64,000 nt of DNA from Amoebophrya sp. A120 (lineage: Eukaryota; Protista; Dinoflagellata): contig CAJINV010000001.1 in the NCBI GenBank assembly GCA_905178155.1, positions 13,780,664-13,844,663 of the forward strand, read 5' to 3'. The notes beneath the pieces are model-generated. The model did not search any database. It saw nothing but the letters and a program-made list of their open reading frames with translations, and was not told where the DNA came from. Positions 36,060-47,832 of this stretch are shown here, in pieces (position 1 is the stretch's first letter; each line of letters begins with the position of its first letter). A program made the position numbers and the translations under genes.

Positions 36060-39000
36060 GTAGAACTACGATCAGTAGTAAAAGTAGATATGCGTAGTCA
36101 CGCACTTCCCAGTGTTGTAGACGCTTATTTCGTAACAAAAGATAGTGCTTTGCTTGCGGAATCAATTTGGAGCTCTTCCGCGCTGAAGACCTTCTGTGAT
36201 TTTTTTCGGTTTTTGATAAATGCATTTTCAACAAATTCATGGATTTCCTCGCTCCGGATCCTCCGGCACCAAGCTTCGTTTTGGTGAACGTGGGGTCCTC
36301 TTTGACGTCGTAGCTAGCCTGGTTTCGTCGATGCATCGATATGTCGGCTTCGTGATCCGATGCTGAAATATTTTTTGCACGCAACGATGGATCCCCTCTC
36401 CTCGCACTACAGCAACGCTCGCAGTTGCATGGGAAATGCGAGGAGGTTCGTTTATTTTTGTCTTTGTGTCTTCATAAAATATACAACTCATTCTCAAAAC
36501 GTCCACCTTACGCTCATACCTGCCCGCGCTGAAAGAATACACCTGAAAGTTTTTTCGCCTGTTTCTAGTAGTTCTGAAAAGAGAGAAATGAAATTCCGAT
36601 TTGCACTGGTGCCCTCGACGTGGATAATGTATTTTTTTCCGTATTGATGTTTTACTTTTTCTTTTATCACCTTGCTTTTGTGTCTGTTTTCCAAAAAAAT
36701 TATGAAAAAAAAACTTTTTCCTTTAGTTTAGTCAAGAGAAATTCCCGGATCTTAGATGTGCCCTAAATTATATTGTTCTTGATCTCTTAACTGTTGCCGC
36801 TGCACCTAGCTATCAATTTGTATGTGGAAGGAAACGAAAACGAAATAGTGCGTTGATTGCAATTTACTGAATGCCAATTTATAGTCTTCTTGTTTTCTAC
36901 TGCTGTACATACATGATTCGAGCGCAGCCGCTTCGTGTCCATATTTCACTAGGTTCATTCTCCGGAAAGAACATCTCGAAAGGAGAAGTCGAACCGGATA
37001 CTTACAGTTTCCTTCGCCTTCCCTTGCCCAAATGGAAATGACGAAAGCCAGCGCTTGCTTGCATTCCTACTGGAGCCCTGGCCCACTGATCCTGACACCT
37101 CTTTATTCTAGACCATTATTTCACTTTCATTCCAAGGAAAACGTAAACGAACACTCACACAACAAAAAACGCTATGGTTCTACTCCTCCACAGAAGTAAG
37201 ATGATTGCAATCAGCTCCGTTTTCTTCTCGTTCAAATATGCACTCGTAGGTTCAGTGTGGTCATAGGGGGCGTTTGTGTTGCGCATGGTGCTTCGTATGA
37301 CCTCGCGCTGGGCCCACGAAAGAAAGAATAGCGAAAATGGTCAAGTTTTGACCTGTGTGCATAGCATGACTTCCTTTTCGCAAGAATCAGCAGCATCACC
37401 AGCGCGAAATGTAAAAAATGCCTGCAGCAATAACAAATTACATTCCTGTATAATGAGACTTGCTTCTTGAAGACAAAAATCTTTTGAATGTATTCACCAA
37501 GCTTCAGTGGTTATTACCACCAGAGAGGAGGCGGGCTACGCCTACGTCAGTAAACAAAACGCGATTGTAATGGCGCTGCTGATCATCTGCGAGGTCTTTT
37601 GCTGTCCGGATCACGAACAAACAGCAAGATCGAGCCGTATCAGTCTGACTCCACTTACATGTCGCTGCTAACCTCTCCGCCTCCTGTAGAAGCTGACACT
37701 ACTTAATCAGTATTCCGACCGCTACCCCAATGAGACAAACGAAGTTACTGTATACTACTTCTTTTATCGCAGCCACTAAAAGAACTCTTTCTACTATACC
37801 TTGAAACTACGCTACATGTCGCCGGATGAAGAGCAGCATTTGGTCGTGCCAGAAAATTTAAGTAGTTGCAGTAACCAGAGTCAAGAACGATATATATTAG
37901 CTTGTTTGGGGTGGCAGCGTCCATCATTGTTTTAGTGATTGTCGTTCCAGCATTTGCTGCACGGGGACGGGGGAAAGATAATGTGGAGATCGTCTTGATT
38001 GATAGAGAAAAAGGAAAAGTACTGACAAAACAACTATACTTTTTTGGATAGACCATTTTTTTGACCCATCACGTTGCAGCAGGCCTCCGACTTTCGTCAG
38101 AAGTCGCACTGCAGCTGCGGGTTGGAAGGATGGAAAAAGAGAAACTCCCTAACTGCGATTCAAATCTCAAAAAAAACAAAAATTACGGCTTCTCTCTGGG
38201 CAGGCACCACTGGAAGTTGTCTTGCAGGAATAGGTCGACTGCAACTCGAACTTCCTTGATGCGGTGTTTTTCGAACATCTGCAATACCGAACCAAAAAAC
38301 TTCAACTTCTACATCTATATTTTGCTTCTTTCGCTGCATGGCGGCGACGTTCTTTCATCAAAGTACTTGACCGCTCCAGGTTCCCCTTTGGTATGGCGGA
38401 CTTGAAGCGATCAAGCGTGATGAACCGTTTTTGCATAATGTAGGCCGAAGGACTCACGTAGCAAGATAGAAGGGAAGTCAAAAGTGTTTAAGCCCATGAT
38501 GTGGAGCTGTGAGAAAAAACATTACTATAGGATCTGGGGATTGATCATAGCCCTAGCTAGTAAAGATGAGAAGCCGAAGTATCACCATCACGCACGCGCA
38601 GCATCAATACGCGTATGGCCGTTCTGGCCAGAGCCGGGAGCAAATGCGGATGCAATGTTTCGCTTCTGAAAACAACGAACTATCCACCGTATTTACAAAG
38701 GTCATATTTTTCTTGCTTTGTCCGGCTTGACAGAGTCAGTTAGAGTGTCACACGACGCACTAACTATTTCGATTGCTCTCAGATGTATTTTTCCACAAGT
38801 GGAAGTGGAACGAAGCAAGTGTCTTTGTTGACAACAGACAGAGAGCGAAATTGTTTACCTTACTTCTTCTACTGCGATTATCCAGCTTTCGATATTGGCG
38901 AGCTTACTTCTGCGACCATGAAGGAATGAATATCGAAACAAGTAGAAGAGTCGACTTCGATTATAGTTTTAGAAGAATCCTCTCCCGCTATTATCGCTAT

Positions 39001-40428
39001 CTATGAAGTATATCTCGTGGTGTTATTGGGTTCGCATCAGGAGGTAGATGAATTAGACATGCACGGTAGCCGAGCAAGGATCCACTCAGGTGCGAATTTT
39101 TTAGAAGGCACTAGCAAGAACCAACGAACTTCGAATTTCATCTATATCTTCGAATGATACAGCTGACAGTTTCGAAAAGAAGAAGACAAAAAGTTTCCCT
39201 TAGCTGCTCGAATTTAGGATTTGAGAGGTTTATGAATAACTGCGCAGCTTGGCTTGCTGTGCGAGATACTCAAGAACTTTTCCCCCTTTAAGAGTGGCCC
39301 GGAAATTTTTTTCTCTCTCTTTCTTTTTTTCTACTTTTTCCAAATTTCCTGTCTATTGTTGATCCGTTTGAATATTTTGTGCTTGTTTTCAATTTCAACC
39401 GTATTTGTTCACTTGCTCAATATGTTGCAGGGCAAGATATGTCATTTCTTTCGCTTGTCCTTCGAACTTCGAAAAAAAAAAACTACCCATCTCAAAAAAT
39501 GGGCCACCTGAGTTCGTGGGAGATGTGTAGTACAAACAAAGGACAGGAAGAGAGTTGCGATTTCCAACACCTCGTTGACGTCGCAAATTCATTTTTCTGG
39601 CTATGTAAAAAGAAAAAAAAATTGAACAGCAAATCTTTAAGTATGCAAAACGAGGAACGGTCGGTACGTACTCACTTCCGAAGCCGAACACGCGACTTTT
39701 ACTTCCTGCGACGATACACTTTCCTCAACCGAATGTCACCTGCACGAGTTTGTTACTTCTCTCATAAGTATGTTGAGAACACCATGCCGGCAAAAATTAT
39801 TGAATCTTCGCCCAAATTTTGATATTGAAGACGATATTGTAACACGTTTTCATGCAAGTTTTCACATGAAAGTATACAACATCACTTTTCCTCCACAACT
39901 TGAATACCGAATGCAACTCGTAAGAAATAGCAAATGTACGCCACGCACTTTTGGTCTTCCCCTCTTGCCTGTAAAATATTTCTGAATCAAAGACTTTTTG
40001 CCCTTTCACGGACTGTACCTTGTTGCATATTTGAATGTTTTGATGCTTCTACAAAAAAAAAAAACAGAGGGAGTCTACTTGGCGCTCGCTTCTGAAGTAG
40101 CCAGCTCAAAGTTTCTTGTCTCGTAGCGGATTCAGAAGTAAGAAAGGACCGCTACATGGACAGAGATATCGATCGTGTTCGCCTAGTATACTAGTTCCTT
40201 CGCAAAAAGAAAAATGGGCTCACGATAAAACACGATTGATCCTCCCCTATTTTTGACAGCAACAGCAACAGAGCCTTCCTTAATCATTTACGAATCAGTA
40301 TCGGAGCGTTCAAATTTCCAGAAGTTACGTTGTCAGCAGTTGTAGTAGCAATTTGTGGAAGCAGAGTTTTGATTTGGATGGATCCCTTTCTTTTGTTTCG
40401 TTTTGATTTGTAAATTCTTATTGTTTTT

Positions 40429-40956
40429 AGGAGGTCAAGCCAGTTAGGAGAGTACCAAAGTGAGGAAAAAAGGCCAAGGTTTGTAGACAGCGCAATGTTT
40501 ACAGTGTGGCTAGGGGTGGGCCACCCAGGTCAGCTAGGCATGGGAAGAACGACACACAACGCACAGACGCCAAAAGAGAGCTATATGACCTGCCCAGTCT
40601 GTCAAAAGAAAGTAGTGCCAAGCACAGACCACTTGCTTTTTCAGTGCGAAGACCCTACGCTAGTGCAATTGCGAAAAGAACACTTAGGCGCGCCATGCAT
40701 AAAAGCCATGGATCCATGCATAAGTTTTGTCCGGGAGCGAAAAAACGTGAAGAACATCCTGAACTTCTACGAGAAGGCCTCGCAGACACACGGAGGAATT
40801 CTGCCCACGGGGCTAGCGAACGCTATCAGAGGGGGACAGGCGGTTTTCGACGAGGCGGACTACAAGGACGTGGCAGAGTGGCAACCGGAGAAAAAGCCGA
40901 GCAAGGTCCAGGAGGGGGACCTGAACAAAATAGCGAGCTGGATCGGGAAGCTCTAG
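40429..40956 (+). pseudogene. C-terminal fragment of LINE-type ORF2 with CCHC zinc knuckle
   Basis: Frame open from the insertion boundary. It contains CPVCQKKVVPSTDHLLFQC (C-x2-C-x9-H-x4-C), the pattern typical of the region C-terminal to non-LTR reverse transcriptases. Confidence 0.65.
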
Positions 40957-41782
40957 GAGAGAGACCGCCAACACGAAAACGAACAAAGCCGACAAACTGC
41001 TACGAACGAGGGGACTACGCTCAGCCGGGCAACTTCTCCGAAAATCAGTTAGAGGGCAGCGGGGCCATTTCCTTTGCTAAAAAGTGGCTAAACTTTTCGG
41101 GATTTTTTCGAAGCGTGTCGGCCGAGGCGTTGCGTTAGCCTGACCGGCTGAGCCCCGCCCTCGCAAGTGGTGCGCCGCTTCCTTTGTCTGGCCCGCCTCG
41201 CCTGGTTTTGTTTCTTTCGGCGGGCCATAGGGGCGATGGGTTCGCTGTGTTGTCTGTTGCCGCCGGGTGTTTTGTATTTGCTAGCGGGCTATGTTTTGCA
41301 GTTTAGACGTTCGCCCCGGTTTCTCTTGGGGTGTGGAGCCTTACAATTTTGGCACGTTTCCGTTTGGTGGTGCGCCGGGTATTTTGCGTCGCGCAAAGCA
41401 TCCGGCATCTCGGGCACGTGTTTGCAGGTGCTGCGCGCAACCTCTGGTCGGGCGTGTTTGGGTTTGTTTGTGTTGTCACCTCGAAAAGCCGCGGCGGGCG
41501 GTTTCTGTGGTGGTGCTCTGTGTCGCGCCGTGTGGCGTGTTATTTCTCTTCTTCAGGCGAAGACGGCCGCCGCCCCTTTTTTTTCCTTTGTGTTCGGCTT
41601 TGGAATTTTAGAAACCAAGACGCCCGGGTCCTTTCAAATTTGCGGAAATCAGTGTCCTTTCCCCGGCTAAATTTTTGGCTAAATCGGCTGACTTTTTTTT
41701 CCTTCCCGAAATCCCTGTGGTTCCGCATTTTGCCGCCGGCTAAATTCGGCATCGCCGGGATTTCCGAAGTGAATCCCGGAAA

Positions 41783-41970
41783 ATTTAGCCAAGATTTAGC
41801 CGACCGATTTAGCCGACCGATTTAGCCGCATAGATTTAGCCGACCGATTTAGCCGGCCGATTTAGCCGGCCGATTTAGCCGACCGATTTAGCCGGCCGAT
41901 TTAGCCGGCCGATTTAGCCGGCCGATTTAGCCGACCGATTTAGCCGGGATTTAGCCGCATGATTTAGCCG
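41783..41970. repeat. 13-bp minisatellite GATTTAGCCG(A/G)CC, ~14 units
   Basis: Direct reading. Inverted copies of the core (GGCTAAAT) occur upstream at ~41665-41745. Confidence 0.9.
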
Positions 41971-43493
41971 GTCGCGGAAGTGTAGCAGGGAAATGCAGAA
42001 ACCCGCTGCGGATGGGATGTGGGCCAGCCCATAGATATCCAGGACCCGCGCAGACTTTCGCCGGCCCCGGCTTCCGTTTGGGTTGTCTATCTTGGGCCCG
42101 AGGGTTTCCGTCTTCCGGTATTTCCTTTCCGGGTATATTTCTCATTGGGCATGGGGTTTCGCATGGTTCCGCGCGCGGTCCATCCGGGCCGCCACGCAAC
42201 AATCGCAGGAAGCTCCTTGGGGTTTTTGCTTTCTTCTACCCGCGCCGCGCTGGCTTTCTCTTTTCCTCCGGCGGCAGCGCCGTCGGGGCCGCTTCTGCTT
42301 GCCCGGACTTTCAAAAAATCCCGAAAAAATTAGCCAAAAAATAACGGGCGAAGTCGCCCCAAACCCTCCAACTGACGAAAAACCTGCACCCAGAAAAACC
42401 CCACCACCCTTCCCCCCTCGCTTTAGGTCTATCTGGAGTACATGACGCCTCTAGCTGCAGGAGCAGTCCCGGGGTGTTAGCGCGGGAGGAGCGGAACCGG
42501 TGACCAGCTGCGTCAGCCAGGGCACATCGAAGCAGGTGGGTCTAGGGCAATGAGGGTGTGCCAGGCGGAAGGTGGTGGAGATGGGAACGGAGACAGAGTA
42601 GAACTTGTTGAGGCGCTTGTTGAGGCGGTAAAGTAGGTAGTAGCGTGAAGCCACAGCGCATAGTTAAGAAGTTAGAGAGCATGACACTGCGAGGCTCGAC
42701 CCGTCCTCGAACGGGGGCGGGTGAATGTAGCAAGCGGTGATCGTGATACAGAGGCTGTCGCTCGTCCGCCACACTAGTTTCCTAACAACAAGAAGAAAAA
42801 AACAAGACAAGGCGCCTAAGCTACTACTAATGCTTACGTGGTAAAACAGTAGAATAGCCGCGCGCCGCACTCAACCCAGGGGACCCGCTGAACGACGGCC
42901 GAGAGCCCGCCCGGTGAGGAGTTTCCTTATGTTCGTGTTCGTCTGCCCTCCACCCACTGCAGAAGAGCAACCTTGCAGATTTGAACCAGGTCGATCTTTT
43001 TCAAAAATCTCTGGCTAATTCACTCCGGTCCGCCTTGCTCTTAGAAGATCCGTGCGAAAAAGCACAAGATAAGCTGCTGCCAAGGTGTAGAACGGTTAGC
43101 ACAAGCGCAGGCCCTAGAGTGAAACATGAGCGGAATCGGGCTACAAGGCCACAGGTAAATCACCCCTGCGTCTTCCGGTCGGCCTTTACGAAACTGACTA
43201 CAAAAAACCGCGACGGTAGAAAGGGGGCGGTCTAGTCTACGGTCTAGATCGTCTCCACTACCATTCGAAAAAACGCAAGTCCCAGCTATAGCACAACAAG
43301 AGCGGCATCCGACCCGAGTGTAGTCAGCCGGACCATTTTTAGAAGACGTTGCGAGGTGGGCGGAGAGGCATCACGCGTGCAGTGGAACGAGAGGAAGGCC
43401 AGCGTTCAACTGTGTGATGTTCGTCGTATACTGTCCTGCCTAGTTCACTACTATCGATCTAGGCCCGTAAGACTAGTGTCTTTGATCGATCTA

Positions 43494-44999
43494 GGCCCGT
43501 CGAAGTTTTGCGTGCGGGTTTGGCCCTCTTCTACCCCCCGAAAAAAGGGGAGTCTCCAGACCCTTCAGGTCGTCCCTGCCGCCGGTGGTCACGTCCGCGT
43601 GGCGCTATCAGCGAATCAGCGATCAGCGAACTATTTATATATTATTCTGGCCTAATTCTAATTTATTATCGCCATGCGCACAGCGATGCGACCTCTGGTT
43701 ACTCGCTCGCTGCTTTGTATTTTGCTTTTTTGTATGGTCACGGCCCGACTGATGGTCGTCGATTGGTTGCATTCCTTCGTAGTTGATGTTCTCGCGGATT
43801 TTGTATTCGTATCGTATCTCCCTGTGTGTCGGTTCGTACATTGGTGTGTCGTTTTCCTGGAGCTTGATCGCAAATTCGTATGCTCCTTTCATGCTGTTGC
43901 GTGCATAAGTCTGATCTTCCCTGCCCCGCTTCCTCTTGCATTCGCCCCGGTAGGATTAGGTCTCTACTTTTTATTTACTTTTCTCTTGTCGTATAGGTTT
44001 ATGTCTGTTTTCTTACTGTTACTTCTGGACTTTCCTTTCTCGCCACTCCTCTTTGCATGCGTCCCTGTAGGCTTAGATCTCTACCCTTTTATCCTGCTTC
44101 TTCCCCTTATGTTTCTTCTCTTTACTATTGCAAACTTTGTAGCGCTAGTTGCGGATCCCGCGCACTCGCAGGGGCTTTGTTTTTTCCGCCTTGCCAGCGG
44201 GTTTGTTTGGGGGGCGCGAGAGTCAGTCTTTGGGGGTTCTAGCACTTGACGCTCAACAACGAGTTTCCGGCGGGGCGTCGCACAACTTTCCCTTCTACAC
44301 CCCTGCGGCCCGGGTTATTTGCGGGGCCATACCTGCATCGCAACCAAATTCGTGTTGATTTTCCCCGACCCAGATGCGCGTTTTTTTTCTGCTGCTGTCT
44401 TTCCGGCGAACACCTCTTGGTGCTCGTCAGTCTGCCAGGGCTTGTTTACATGCGCGCGCGATCTGGCGGTGGTGAAAATGTGCCACGACCGCGGTTTCCT
44501 CGTCGCGTCGGATTTTGCCTTACTTTTCTAATCGGAGGCTGGTTTGTTGTCTGCGGAACTCGCCCTTTGCACCAATCGATATATAATCTTGGGTCAGGTT
44601 TGCTAATCCTGGCAGTAGCATTCATCTGGTGTGTGGGTTCTAAACAACTTACTTGTTCCTCGGCGTTACTACGCCCGCTACTGCTTTTTGGTTGGTAAGT
44701 GGATAGATATTTTAAAGTTTGGTCTCCGCTTGTGGATGGCCGGCGAATCGCGCCACAAATGCACGCGTAGCTGCGCGTTACTCTTCCAGTTCGTGCGGAC
44801 TCCTGGTGTTGCTACCACCGTTGGGAGTATAAGAAAGAAGAACATAAGGACGTCGGGTTTTTGAAGGCTTTACATTATTCGACTCCCTTCCACTTTTTGG
44901 TCCTTTTGATGCGTTCACGCACATCCAGGATTTTTGTGGTCGGGGGCCCGCCGAAGTTTTGCGCGCGGGTTTAGCCCTCTTCTACCCCCCGTAAAAAGG
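43494..44999. repeat. Pair of 55-bp direct repeats (43494-43548 and 44945-44999)
   Basis: GGCCCG(T/C)CGAAGTTTTGCG(T/C)GCGGGTTT(G/A)GCCCTCTTCTACCCCCCG(A/T)AAAAAGG; 4 mismatches. Confidence 0.85.
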
Positions 45000-45008
45000 C
45001 ACGTCTTC

Positions 45009-45477
45009 NNNNNNNNNNNNNNNNNNNNNNNNNNNNNNNNNNNNNNNNNNNNNNNNNNNNNNNNNNNNNNNNNNNNNNNNNNNNNNNNNNNNNNNNNNNN
45101 NNNNNNNNNNNNNNNNNNNNNNNNNNNNNNNNNNNNNNNNNNNNNNNNNNNNNNNNNNNNNNNNNNNNNNNNNNNNNNNNNNNNNNNNNNNNNNNNNNNN
45201 NNNNNNNNNNNNNNNNNNNNNNNNNNNNNNNNNNNNNNNNNNNNNNNNNNNNNNNNNNNNNNNNNNNNNNNNNNNNNNNNNNNNNNNNNNNNNNNNNNNN
45301 NNNNNNNNNNNNNNNNNNNNNNNNNNNNNNNNNNNNNNNNNNNNNNNNNNNNNNNNNNNNNNNNNNNNNNNNNNNNNNNNNNNNNNNNNNNNNNNNNNNN
45401 NNNNNNNNNNNNNNNNNNNNNNNNNNNNNNNNNNNNNNNNNNNNNNNNNNNNNNNNNNNNNNNNNNNNNNNNNNNNN
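45009..45477. other. Assembly gap (N run)
   Basis: Run of n characters. Confidence 1.

Positions 45478-45530
<53 letters not shown>
45478..45530. repeat. (CT)n microsatellite, probable retroelement 3' tail
   Basis: Pure CT repeat running directly into the right TSD copy. Confidence 0.9.
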
Positions 45531-45535
<5 letters not shown>

Positions 45536-45688
45536 ATTCTTATTGTTTTTTCTTGTACTAGCCGCTGCCTCGCCCTAACTCACGACCACTGAAATATTTT
45601 TTCACGGGTTGCTGCGACAGCGAGGAATGATGCACGCGGTCTCTTGATTGTTTTGCTTTCGGCAGCACCTGCAATCTCGTCATTGATT

Positions 45689-47218
45689 ATGTCGGCGCTC
45701 TGCAAAGATAATGTATCTCTATCTTCGGCGGTACAGCAACATCTTCAATCCCAAGTCACGGAACTCGAGCAGAAAGAGCCTATTATGGATTGTAAGGCGA
45801 GCACATCGCAGCAGCAGCACCTCGCAATGTGGCGGGCGCAACAGGACCAGCTGCGGCAAGCGGTGGTAGAAGAAGATGATGGCGTTTTTTTGCAGTCTTG
45901 CCGCTACGTGGCGGGGCTGGATCTGAGTTTCGTCCCTCGTAAACAGGAGCACTGTAGTAGTACTCCAGCTTCGTCGGGCTCTGCTTTGAGCGAAGAGGTG
46001 GAACCTAATACTAATAGTGGCGGTGACGGAATGAAATTATTAAGCGAGGCCTCGAAAGTTGAACGCGCAGTCGTTGGCTTTGTGGTCTTCGAGGTTGTGC
46101 GCTTACCTTCTGCCCTTGCACAAGTAGCGGAAACACCGGCAAAGAGCGCACCATGTTCCGAGCTTCCCGCAGAACCCTGTTCTCTGTTTGAGCTGCTGGA
46201 GTCGGTAGAAAAGGCAAGCCACTCAAACCACAGCTCGGAAACTCAAACTGTTGATCTCGGGGTGCTACCACCAGAAGGCGCAGGCGGTTTGCAAAAGAAA
46301 GTGAAAGCCAAAGACTCCTATGTCGAAACTCCGGGAGTACCTGCGTCATATGGAATTTCTATCGGCAAGGGCAAGAAATGCCATTACGAGCTGCGGCTGC
46401 TCTATGAACACTACGAACAGGTGGAGCTTGACAAGGAAATTCCCTACGTTGCCGGATACCTGGCCTTCCGAGAGGTTCCGCACTACGAGAAGGTTCTCGC
46501 CGCTTTCTTCGTGTCGAAGGTTGCAACAGGAAAAGGTATTTCGCCGCAAAACTTGATTGTTTTTGTGGACGGGAACGGTCGTCTGCATCCGAACGCATGC
46601 GGAGCGGCGTCGCACTTAGGCGCTGGCACTTTTGACGGTCTTCTCACCACGATTGGCGTCGCGAAAAATTTGCATTCCTTTCCCGGGCTGCGAATCCAAG
46701 GTGTCGCAATTCCTCATATAGAAAGCAACGCGACAATGCCGTCGGCGCACGTCTTGGACGCCAAAGAACTGCGTCAAATTCTGGAGAACCGGAAGATGGC
46801 GAAAATAAACGAAAAAGAGGCCGCTTGTTTGGCCGACGGCTATCCTGCGTGGGTTGTTCCCCTAGAAGCAGCTACTACTTGCCCTTTATCTGCGCAACCA
46901 GCCACCTTCCTGCCGAGAGGACTGGCTGTCGCTGCGCATGGGAGCAAGAAGCCCATCTTCGTGTCAGTTGGGCATCGAATAAGCCTGCGGACCAGTCTTG
47001 CGGTTGTATCGCTGTTTCAGGGACACTTTCGCATCCCAATTCCAACACGTGTAGCTGATCTTCGCTCTCGAAAAATCATCGAGAAAGAAATTATAGGCTC
47101 TGCAAATGGAGGAACAGGTAAAAGCAGTGGGAACACGGCGAAGAAAGAAAAAACTGGTCCTGTACTAGCGCAAGATCCGAGCAGCCACGCCATGTTGTGG
47201 ACGTGGATCCATTCTTGA
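45689..47218 (+). CDS. ENDOV: Endonuclease V (inosine-specific nuclease) with low-complexity insertions, single exon
   Basis: Motifs VAGLDLSF, PYVAGYLAFREVP, VFVDGNGRLHP, GAASHLG, TIGVAKNL, KPIFVSVGHRISL and RIPIPTRVAD. Confidence 0.92.
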   Translation: MSALCKDNVSLSSAVQQHLQSQVTELEQKEPIMDCKASTSQQQHLAMWRAQQDQLRQAVVEEDDGVFLQSCRYVAGLDLSFVPRKQEHCSSTPASSGSALSEEVEPNTNSGGDGMKLLSEASKVERAVVGFVVFEVVRLPSALAQVAETPAKSAPCSELPAEPCSLFELLESVEKASHSNHSSETQTVDLGVLPPEGAGGLQKKVKAKDSYVETPGVPASYGISIGKGKKCHYELRLLYEHYEQVELDKEIPYVAGYLAFREVPHYEKVLAAFFVSKVATGKGISPQNLIVFVDGNGRLHPNACGAASHLGAGTFDGLLTTIGVAKNLHSFPGLRIQGVAIPHIESNATMPSAHVLDAKELRQILENRKMAKINEKEAACLADGYPAWVVPLEAATTCPLSAQPATFLPRGLAVAAHGSKKPIFVSVGHRISLRTSLAVVSLFQGHFRIPIPTRVADLRSRKIIEKEIIGSANGGTGKSSGNTAKKEKTGPVLAQDPSSHAMLWTWIHS

Positions 47219-47832
47219 ATGAAATCTCGAGTGCTGCGCAGATGTGATCGTGTCCGCGGAGGGATTTTTTTTGTTCAATCCGCATGCTTCGTTCATCCTT
47301 GTTGGGTGCACGACGAGAGAAGTTCTTGTTTATCTTGTAGCCGTTTAGTTTACGAAATACGGCGCGTGCGCGTCATTGAGGTACGAGATCAAAGAGAGAT
47401 TTTGGCTGCCGTCATGAGATGAATTTGTCATAGCCAATCGTAGAAGTGTCTCCCTTCTTGTTTTGCTATTGCAATAATATACATAGAAACAAGACGAAGA
47501 CCACCTGAGAAGTGGTTTCTTTCACGAATTTTCCATTTCATGATGGACGTTGTGTAGTTCGGTGATTTTACTTTGTTTCTCATCTTATGTGCTGCTTCCG
47601 TTTCGATTTCTAAGTTTCATTTTGCTTTCGAAATTTTGCATTTTCTTTTCGTGCGGTCGTGACCGGCGTCGCGAAGAAGTACTACTAGAGATGATGTAGA
47701 CGTGTTGGCCTTGGCAGCAGTAGACTTGGTCCGCTTCTTCATTCACTTTTTTCCTCGAGCTTCGTCGCCCTGTAGGTGTAGTGCCTACGTTTTTCCAGCA
47801 CTACCGACTTAGTGGCCAGGATCGCACCGACC

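Larger units (their letters stand above)
40429..45530 (+). mobile_element. 5'-truncated non-LTR retrotransposon-like insertion with 20-bp TSD and (CT)n tail (spans an assembly gap)
   Basis: Identical TGTAAATTCTTATTGTTTTT at 40409-40428 and 45531-45550. The insertion begins mid-ORF and ends in (CT)n directly against the second copy. Confidence 0.72.

Noticed and set aside
37405-37425. AAATGTAAAAAATGCCTG resembling a family-A TIR
   Set aside because: No TAT start, partner TIR or TSD was found; could be chance or a very old relic.
37880-38050. Short + strand frame resembling a signal-peptide exon (ISLFGVAASIIVLVIVVPAFAARG...)
   Set aside because: No start codon or convincing flanking exons; too short to support.
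41783-41970. TTTAGCC units as telomeric repeat
   Set aside because: The unit is 13 bp, not TTTAGGG, and it is internal to an insertion.
43674-44249. 191-aa hydrophobic + strand ORF as a membrane protein
   Set aside because: Hydrophobicity follows from T-rich composition, most likely the antisense of A-rich degraded coding DNA; no motif found.
44934-45578. 214-aa ORF
   Set aside because: Artefact of translating through the N gap and the (CT)n tract.
45689-47218. Endonuclease V as the enzyme that removes the TIR elements
   Set aside because: It is a widespread housekeeping nuclease, and proximity in a eukaryotic genome is not evidence of a functional link. No transposase was recognised in the window.
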